A stretch of 64,000 bases of DNA, taken from the NCBI RefSeq assembly GCF_006345805.1, contig NC_042999.1, positions 134,540,001 through 134,604,000 of the forward strand, in the 5' to 3' direction. Positions 54,585 to 64,000 of the stretch are shown piece after piece. Under the pieces are notes generated by a model, which was not told the origin of the DNA, ran no database searches, and saw only the letters and a program-made list of their open reading frames with translations. The position numbers and the translations under genes were made by a program. The stretch is from Octopus sinensis (Eukaryota). Every line of letters begins with the position of its first letter. Within the stretch, counting starts at the first letter, position 1.

Positions 54585-56859
54585 CTCATATGAACATGAG
54601 GTGCATAAAAAACACTCATGTTGGTGGCCGATAACCGTCCTCTACAGCCGCTGAAACTTCCAGATCACAGGATTTCGGCCTTACTTGGCCTTATCATTGA
54701 CAGACGTCCGCAATTAGACGTCGCAGCCGATTTCCCCGTCAGCGATATATGGTGTATCTCAGTATGTTCAGCCACTGGTGTCGCAAATAACCAGTGAACT
54801 TATAGAAAAAATAACGACAAAAGCCGTATAAATACCAAATGGTAATACTTATCTCCCACTTAAAGTGAACGAGTGATTGCAGTAAGCTAGTTGTCATACA
54901 TGGGCAGTGGTAGAGTTAAGTCGTACAGTAGTGCAGAGGTTCTAGTTAATAGCGATTGTAGTGGGTTAATAGTTTAGTGATTGTGATGAATCAATGACTG
55001 CAAGTCGTCAAGAAGTTTGTAGTTGGTCTGTGGTTGTAAGCAGGTCAGTGTTTATAGTGCGGGTAACAGTTGTGGTAAGTCAGTGGTTGAAATGTGTCGT
55101 GACTGAATTATTATTATTTCTTTTTGTGTGTGTATGGTTAAGAAGCTCGCTTTGGAACCATGTGGTTTCGGGTTCATTCCCACTACACATATTAACTTTA
55201 AACTTTGCGCCGCATCAACATGGTCAATGAACGAACGATCAATCGATTGATTGGTCATCCCTAAATGATAACAGCTAAAACAATCGCTCGAACCTGCGAC
55301 CTAAAGATCTCCCTAGTAGTTTGAGAATAGCTAAAGAAATCAGCTTGACTCGCCTTCTGACTTAACATTGTTAATGTGGAAGGTAGTATGCGTGGTGATA
55401 GGAGGAGAAGAACGAAATCTGTCTACTCGAGGAAATATCACTTCACTTTCGACTTAAGTCTTCGAAAATATTTAGAATTATTCCAGCTTCACTCAACCGT
55501 TCCATTAAACTAATTCACTTTTCTCACTATTGCAATCACCATTTCTTTTAGTTTTTATTTAAATATCTTTTGTTGATTTCATTTTTAATCCACATTTTCA
55601 TCTTCATATTCCGCCATCTCTATCTTCCTTTCAAATTTCCTTCGTGTTTAGACCTTTTCGCTTCTTTCTTTTTTGATTTGTTTCTTTACTTAATTGTTTT
55701 GCTTCGAAATTTTTATTATCTTTTTCTACGTCGTCCATAACACTGAATCCTTTCATTCCTTCTTTCCTTTCTTCCTTCTATTTTCTTTCTTCTTTACTCA
55801 TTTCCTCTAGTTCTTTTCTTCTCAACCTTTCTAAGTTTTCTTTTGTCTCCCCTCCTCATTTTTGGCTCATACTCTCTTGTCTTCCACTTACCTTTACTTT
55901 TTCTTGGTGGTTTTGCTCTTCTGTTTTTTCTTCGTCCCCGTGGTCATCGTCGTCGCCTTCTCCTCGTTTTCCTTCATCTTCTTCTAATTTCTTTTTCTAC
56001 TGTTTCACTTTCACTCCTCTTGTATATTTCCATCTTTCTTTCTTCCTTTCTTTCTTCCTTTCTTTCTTTCTTTCTATTTATGTTTTTGGTTTCTTCTTTT
56101 ACATCCCCTGCCCCGACTTTTCTTTTCTTACTTTTTAATCCCTAGCTTGTTTTCTTTCCTACTTATCGTCTGCTCGCTCACTTGTCCGATCAAACAGCAA
56201 CCAATGGCGTGTAGCATATATTGACAATGTGCTGTAATCTGTCAAAAAGATAACCGACTACGCTTGTCTAACAATGGATTAGAGTACAAAACGTGATTAA
56301 CGCGCATAGTCTTGATCTGTCAAAAAATATACAAAACGAGAAGATTGAAATAGTGGGGAAGATGGTGGCCGCGACCAAAATCTCTTTGCAGTAATAACGA
56401 ACACGATTCTCAAGCAATTCAACTGACAATAACGGCAAGAAAACTAGAACAAGCCAGATATACGTTTCTATTTCCTTTTGCTTCGAATTTAATTTTACTT
56501 TGTTCTTGTATCGTTTTTCTCGCTTACTGTTCGCCGGAGATTTTATTTATTCATATATATTTGTTATCGTGTATCGCATTGCTATCAGCCATATTTTTAT
56601 ATATGATACGATATAATGTCTGAGAATTGCAATACTTGTTTAATGCTATTGTATGAAAAATGTCGATGTTGTTATTTTGGCTCTGTTTTAGTAGGGGAAA
56701 GCCAGGTGATATCGTGTTAAGTCGCTACCATTTATGAATTTAATATTCTTCAGATTATGTCATACAAGCGGATAGGATGCTATAATACATGCGTATATAT
56801 ATATGCATACACACATCAAAACACATATACAGCGGGGAACATACACATGAACATATTTA

Positions 56860-56860
56860 G

Positions 56861-56935
<75 letters not shown>

Positions 56936-57072
56936 ATAATATCTGTGTCTGTGCATGTATATATACATATATATATGTGTGTGTACGTATATATATATAT
57001 ACATACATATATGTATATCCATATATATATATATATACATATATATATAAACATATATACATATATATAAAC

Positions 57073-57125
<53 letters not shown>

Positions 57126-57668
57126 TTCCTGAGCGCCATACTAATACAATTATTCGTTTGTTTTCCACCTGCCTTCGTCTTTTGTTTATTTTCATAAAGC
57201 TTCCCGTTATATATATATATACACACATATATATATACATATATATATATGCATATATATATATACATATATGTATACATATATATATACATGCATATAT
57301 ACATATATATGCATATATATATATATACATATATGTATACATATATATATACATGCATATATACATATGTATACATATATATATATGTATATATACATAT
57401 ATACATATAATTACGTATAAATATACATATATATATACATATAAATATACATATACATATACAAATATAAATGTACATATATAGGCGCAGGAGTGGCTGT
57501 GTGGTAAGTAGCTTGCTTACCAACCATATGGTTCCGGGTTCAGTCCCACTGCGTGGCATCTTGGGCAAGTGTCCTCTGCTATAGCCCCGAGCCGACCAAT
57601 GCCTTGTGAGTGGATTTGGTAGACGGAAACTGAAAGAAGCCTGTCGTGTATATGTATATATGTATATA

Positions 57669-57734
<66 letters not shown>

Positions 57735-57935
57735 TAATATATATATATACATATATATATACATATATATATACATATATACATATATGTACATATATAC
57801 ATATATACACACATATGTATACATAGATATATATATACACACACACATATAAACATATGTGTATACCCATATATATACATATATATAAACATACACACAC
57901 ACACATATATATATAAACATACATATATATATATT
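56860..57935. repeat. Compound (TA)n/(TACA)n low-complexity tract hosting nested insertions
   Basis: Direct reading. It contains a pseudo-LTR fragment and a SINE A head. Confidence 0.9.
57483..57648 (+). mobile_element. SINE family A 5' half, well preserved
   Basis: ggcgcaggagtggctgtgtggtaag...ggttccgggttcagtccc...cttgggcaagtgtcctctgctatagcc...ggatttggtagacggaaactgaaagaagcc. Confidence 0.9.
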
Positions 57936-58183
57936 AAGGGCCTTACTACACGTAAATGCCTCACGCTATGGAGGACTCTTAAAGTCAAAACTACTATAAT
58001 GAATACAGTGTACCCACCGCGCGCGAATGCAAATCTTGAATCGAATTCTTAAAACTCTGTTTTCAAGAGTTCGGTTCAAGATTTGCATTCCCTCGCGTTC
58101 GCTACAATTTATTCATTACAGTAGTTTTGCCTTTAATAGTCCTCCATAGCGTGAGGCATTTACGTGTAGTAATGCCCTTAATA
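57932..58183. mobile_element. Foldback MITE; almost the whole element is one inverted repeat
   Basis: tattaagggccttactacacgtaaatgcctcacgctatggaggact... pairs with ...agtcctccatagcgtgaggcatttacgtgtagtaatgcccttaata. The inner arms gaatgcaaatcttgaa / ttcaagatttgcattc also pair. Confidence 0.88.
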
Positions 58184-58290
58184 TAAACAAATATATTTAA
58201 AGGGAATAATCATGAATTCATCTTATGAGGTTTTTTCACGCTGACTACTTGAAAAATTCTTATAAAACATTTTATCTTAATTTAAAATTT

Positions 58291-58325
<35 letters not shown>

Positions 58326-58327
<2 letters not shown>

Positions 58328-59364
58328 TAGCATTAAAGACCCGTCGTTGCCGGGTCATAGTGCTAGTGCATGTATATATGTGTATATATATGTGAGTACA
58401 TATTACATGTACATCTATATATATACATCTACACATAAAATACAAAATACAAATTTATATCTTGATATCGCTAGTGATAACAATACTCAAAATATATAAC
58501 AGACTGGAATTGTTAGCCTGTCTCTTGTAATTTCGATCAATTGTATCTTGTCCTCCCTCTTGTATAGAAGTGTGGCTACAATCCAGCCTACCTCTACTTC
58601 GGGGGGAAGGAGGCATTTAAAATTTTTCCCGGGGCGTCCTACGTCCAGATATAAAGGTAAAAATATAATATTTCCACTTTGCAAGTTCGAGTCGAGTACT
58701 CCCTTGCACGCTCCGTTGACTCGAACCTTGCTTCTATTGTGGCGAATTTACCGCCTCTGATTAGATACCTTTCATAGACGCACCAAGACACTTTTCGAAG
58801 GTGCTTTCCTCCATGTGTTCAAATCTTCTTTCTCTACATTGTATACTTTATAGACAATAGTCTTTTCTTTAATTTAATTTTTTATTATCCATCTGGACTA
58901 TTCCATTTCTGCACGCTAATTTTATTTTTAATTTATTCCCATTCATGTAAAACCACTTATTCAAGTTCAAATCATTGATGCAATTTTATACCAATTGCTA
59001 TTTTTACTTTTGTCATGTTACTTTAGTTTGATTTTAATTATTACTTACTACATATAATTCAATTGTTATTATCATTTTTATTATTAAAGTGAAAGTATCT
59101 GACATAAAATAGAGAAACGTTTTTGTTTCACTTCTAACACGTAATACTGAAATAGGGGAGAAGATATGATATTGCTATGGGCTCGCTCTAGGCAAGAAGT
59201 TGAACATTTTTTTGCCCATGACACTCCCCGGACCCTAAGTAAGGCATGTGTAAAATTTGAATGAAATTGGTTGTGTAGCTCTCAAGTTTTAGGGAAACAC
59301 ACAGACAGACAGACAGACACACACACACACACACACACGTTCTCAGTTTTATATATATAAAGAT
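58326..59364 (+). mobile_element. Non-autonomous Helitron/Helentron-associated (HINE-like) element
   Basis: The 5' end is actagc followed by the hairpin gacccg-tcgttgc-cgggtc. The 3' end is aaatttgaatgaaattggttgtgtag...(GACA)n...ttttatatatataaagat. Confidence 0.65.
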
Positions 59365-59428
59365 ATATGCACATATATTTCATATATACAAGCATATATA
59401 TATATAAACACACCTATATATACACATG

Positions 59429-59462
<34 letters not shown>

Positions 59463-59529
59463 CTTATATATGTACACATATATATATACATATATATATA
59501 CACACATATATATATATACATATATATAC

Positions 59530-59560
<31 letters not shown>

Positions 59561-59574
59561 CATATATATGCATA

Positions 59575-59635
<61 letters not shown>

Positions 59636-59654
59636 CATAGATATATTATTAGTG

Positions 59655-61110
59655 AATTGAAGAAATGGAGTTGAACGAAGATTGAACAGAAATCGTTTTA
59701 TTGCATTCTACACGTGTTTCGAAAGGCACAATTTACCAAATTCCGATTGAATAATGAGACCATATTGTGTCTTTCTCTTCAGGGAGAAATAGGAAATCCG
59801 TTGGAAAAAACAAAAACAGAACAGAGGCGGAGCAAAACAAATCGAACGAGGCTCCTAAGAGCCCATGGCCAAACTGTTTATCAATGTATGTTGAAAACGG
59901 GCGGTGGGTGCGTTAAAGATTTTAACGGGTCAGGCAGCGGTCATTCCGGTGGGTGAGGGCACGGGGTGCGTAGATGTTCTTTGTGACCGAGACTAAAGTT
60001 CTGACTATTTAAAGAATATTAGGTGTATTATATGGGGCGAGACAAAATCTACTTAGAAACATGTGTGTGTGTACTGTTCTATATATGTGCGGCCGCAAGT
60101 TGGTAAGAAGCGCTACACTCTGGTCACTGCTGAGAAATCCGTCAGGGGGTAGAAAATATTTTATGTGTACGTGTGTGCGTTTGATCGCGCGGCCGTCAGT
60201 TGGTAAACAGCTCTACACAATGGTCACTGCTGTAAAATCCGTCGGGCGGCAGAAAAGTATTTTATGTGTGCGTGTGTTCGTCTAAACATGCCTTGTCAAA
60301 GAAACCCCCCGTCGTCAAAAACAAAACACCATTCGTCTCCCAGGAGTAATTCCCCTTGCAATGGTTAATCATATTTCTCTTAAAAGCTTTTTCAGAATTT
60401 ATTACCAAGGGCTATTTTCATATAAGTAGTGTAACCGGGTGCAGGTATTATTTATAAGCGTTATTTATAAGCAAGATAAGTATAACGCCGCCAATGGGGG
60501 CATCGAAAAGCCGACTGTAAAAGTCCGTTTACCATCCGGTCTCTGGCGAACAATATATGGAAGAGTTCGGAGACACAAAAATTGCACTTCCTTCTGCCCC
60601 TGTCAATGGGAGGGCCACCGACAAAATTGACCATTCCAGCCTGTAGCTTGAGTTCGTATTCTTCAATCGCCATATCAGCTTGCTAAGTCCCGTGGTCTGG
60701 CGTTTATTCACGTCTCGAAAAGTTGCGTAATGGTTGGAGATTCGTAAGGCCAATCTTGACGATGAGGCCCCGACATAAGCGTAGAAATCTGAGTCCGTGT
60801 AAACCTAGCATTGGTAGACGGCGTTTCTGATCTTGGAGTTCACCGACGTGAACCTTATTCTGTTAGGATTAGTTTCTGAAATTAGAACTGCGTTACTGTC
60901 ACTATATTTGTTGCGAGAACTGCAGCCGCTTACTACTTTATTTTCCACTACGTCACTATTAACTAACGGAATAACCCCTGATTCTACACTATCAATCAGA
61001 GTGCTGTCATTGCTAGTGCCCGTGGTGCTGCTATTGCCGGAAACGATGCTGGAGTTGCTATTGGGACTCTCTACCCTAACGAGCCGAGCTGCGCTCACCT
61101 CACTACTATC
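59655..61110 (-). mobile_element. Penelope-like element 3' part: S/N-rich linker, GIY-YIG endonuclease and pseudo-LTR
   Basis: In-frame NAVYQC*VYTDSDFYAYVGASSSRLALRISNHYATFRDVNKRQTTGLSKLIWRLK...LEWSILSVALP, then a frameshift into RKCNFCVSELFHILF...CPHWRRY. Both ends lie in (TA)n. Confidence 0.88.
59706..59787 (-). ncRNA. Type I hammerhead core with an extended stem II and a weak stem I
   Basis: CUGAAGA-GAAAGACACAAU...AUUGUGCCUUUC-GAAA-CACGUG-UA. Stem II has 12 bp with one mismatch and stem III is the palindrome ACACGUGU. Confidence 0.65.
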
Positions 61111-61176
61111 TATATATACATAGATATATATATATATACATATATACACATATATGTACATACATGTATACATATA

Positions 61177-61419
61177 TTCTTTTATTCTTTTTATATGTTT
61201 CAGTCCGATGACTGTGGCTATGCTGGAGCACCGCCATTGTGATCATCTTTCCACTTTCCACTTTAGTCGGAGCGGCTTTTGATGAAGGATGGAGCTCGAT
61301 GCTACTGCCCTCTGGGTTTCTTGCCTAGATATTGGCTCATCCGGGATCTCGGTGAACCAGAGGTCAAGTTCACGTTTGAAAACGTCTACATCTACTCCAT
61401 GGAGGCTCCTCAGATGCAT
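61177..61419 (-). mobile_element. CR1/L2-like LINE 3' end (ORF C-terminus plus 3' UTR)
   Basis: LRSLHGVDVDVFKRELDLWFTEIPDEPISRQETQRAVASSSILHQ...stop at 61243, then ggcggtgctccagcatagccacagtc...tgaaac...aaaagaataaaagaata. Confidence 0.7.
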
Positions 61420-61420
61420 G

Positions 61421-61517
61421 AGATCTTGGGCAAGTGTCTTCTACTATAGCCTCGGACCGACCAAAACCTTGTGAATGGATTTGGTAGACAGAAACTGAAA
61501 GAAACCCGTCGTTTATA

Positions 61518-61585
<68 letters not shown>

Positions 61586-61805
61586 TGTGTGTGCGTGTCT
61601 GTGTCTGTGTTTGTCCCCATCATCGCTTGACAGCCGATGCTGGTGTGTTATGTCACCGTAACTTAGCGGTTCGGCAAAAGATAGCGATAGAATAAGTACT
61701 AAGCTTACAAAGAATAAGTCTTGAGGTCGATTTGTTCCACTAAAGGCGGTGCTCCAGCATGGTCGTAATCAAGTTGACTGAAACAAATAAAAGAATAAAA
61801 GAATA
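61421..61805 (+). mobile_element. SINE family A lacking its head
   Basis: cttgggcaagtgtcttctactatagcc, (GT)n, tail ggcggtgctccagcatggtcgtaatc...tgaaacaaataaaagaataaaaga. Confidence 0.88.
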
Positions 61806-62399
61806 GAATGGTGGACAAAAAGAAGAAACGTAAAATATCACAAAACTGCTAATATTTACGTTCTTGTTTTGCATTCGAAGTTCAAATCGTAATTGTGGTT
61901 ACTTAAAATTCCTTCCCCAAATTGAGTGGACCTTGTATTCATGTGACTAATTAAAGCGGCAAGCTGGTAAAATGGTTAGCGCGTCGGACAAAATTACTTT
62001 GTGGCATTTCTTCCGATCTTTATGCCCTGCGTTTAATTGCCGCCGAGGTCGTCTCTGCCTTTCATCCTTTCGGGGTCGATAAAATAATTACCAGTATAAA
62101 ATCGACTTATCTTCTCCCGAAATAAACTGCTGGCTTTGTGCCAAAAAATCTGAAGCCATTATTGTAGTAATAGTAGTAGTAGTAGTAGTAGTAGTAGGGC
62201 GCCGAGCTGGCAGATTCGTTAGCACGCCGAGCAAAATACTAAGCGACATTTCGTCGGATTTTACATTCTAAGTTGAAATTCCGCCGGGTTCGACTTTGCC
62301 TTTCATCCTTTCGGGATCGATAAATTAAGTACCAGTTGAGCACTAAGGTAGATGTAATCGACTAACCTCTTTGTGCCTATAATAGAAAGGATTATATTA

Positions 62400-62540
<141 letters not shown>

Positions 62541-63026
62541 CCAGTTAATTACTGGGGTCGTTTCAATCGACTATTCTTCCCTCCTTCAAAACTTGTGGTC
62601 ATATGTCTATCGTAGAAATAACTGTTAGAGATGCTAATCTAAGATATGAAATAAAATAATATCTGATTGGCTGTCCGACATCGAAATGTGAGCAGAAAAA
62701 AAGTGTAAAAATAAATAAAATAAAACTAGCAAACAACTACAGCAATAACAAAAGCAATAACAATAACAACAACAACAACAACAGCAACAACAACAATCTT
62801 GTATTCAAAATGGGAATTAGATAAAGCTTTAGTGATAGAAATGTTTATGCTGTGTCTTGTTCAGACAATCGTTGTCGTGGTAGAGTAAGTGATTCATGAG
62901 TATTGAATTTTCTGTATTTAGAACATGATCATTCATATATCCACTATGTGACGTGCAGGGAAATGGCAGAGGGATAGTAGTTATAAATTATAATTTCTAC
63001 TCTCTTTAGAAGAAAAGAAAAGAAAA

Positions 63027-63062
<36 letters not shown>

Positions 63063-64000
63063 GATAAAAATGTCTTCGAAATGATCTTTGATACCAGCCA
63101 TGAAAAACGCTTATTATTTCAGTGGAATTTGACTGTGGTTCTTTCTAATCTTCCCTGACACTTCCAGTAAAATCGTCTGCTGCTAGCGTTGTGAATTAAT
63201 TCAAACACTTTCATATCGTCTGCCTAACTTTGGTTGCGAAGTTGCGAATTAATTCAAAGAGAAAGTGAGGTCGCACGCCAACGCACATATCTGGCAGCCA
63301 TAATAGTAAGACAGAATCGCGCTGTGAGCTTTTACAACCGAATGGAAACATATATCCTGTAGCCTTTCACCCCTCTGACAAATCGGCTTTATGCAATCAT
63401 ATTAGCCATTATTTCAAAAGACCTGGAATAAGGACAGGGTCGCAAATAAATGCCAAATTCACACGATCCGCTGCCGACAGATGAATAAATAGGTTGTGTT
63501 AGCGTCATAAGAAGTAAAAAGAATAATTTCTTTTGACACGTCCTAATGTCAGAATTCTGTCATCAAAAGCAATGTTCTCAGCGCCGAATATTCGCCAAAA
63601 CTCGTTTGTCTTTCTTCTGCCACTTATTTATGTTGTGTTTAGACTTGATTGATTTAATCTTCTCGTTGATCCCGAGATCCTGGAAATCAATCATCAAAAC
63701 ACATTGAAGGATAATGCGTCCATGCACACACATGTAATTTATATATGCACACGCACACACACACACACACACACATCATTGACGGACACGCGCATGCGCA
63801 GACTGACACAGATACATATGTATGCGTATGTATGCACACGTGTATAACTTACAACCCTGCCGTATGTTTATATATATGCATGTATTTCTGTAAATTTATC
63901 CATAGTACTTATAAGTACAAGCTACACACACACAAGCACGCACGCACACACACACATACACATTCATGCATGCATCATAGATGCACACATACACATATCA

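Noticed and set aside
55300-55380. Weak similarity (gatctccct...tag...gaatagcta) to the reverse complement of the 601-bp unit
   Set aside because: The match is too short and AT-rich to claim homology without an alignment score.

Overview
AT-rich eukaryotic DNA, saturated with microsatellites and repeats. The (TA)n/(TACA)n/(GATA)n/(CA)n load and the SINE and LINE mix suggest an octopus-type cephalopod genome (inference). I found no host protein-coding exon that I can support, and almost all listed ORFs are translations of simple repeats. The window holds one intact mariner (DD34D) with TIRs and a TA duplication, plus decayed Tc1, maT/DD37D-type, Merlin, Gypsy, RTE, R4/Dong-like, CR1-like and Penelope-like (PLE) elements, at least three tRNA-headed SINE families, MITEs and a Helitron/HINE-like element. 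The most notable layer is self-cleaving RNA. A 3.2-copy, 601-bp tandem array carries a complete type I hammerhead ribozyme with a very long stem II in each full unit, giving a retrozyme-like layout. Other hammerhead folds sit in unrelated PLE-type repeats, including one with a compensatory G3:C8 core swap. All structures were folded by eye, and family names come from remembered motifs, not database searches.
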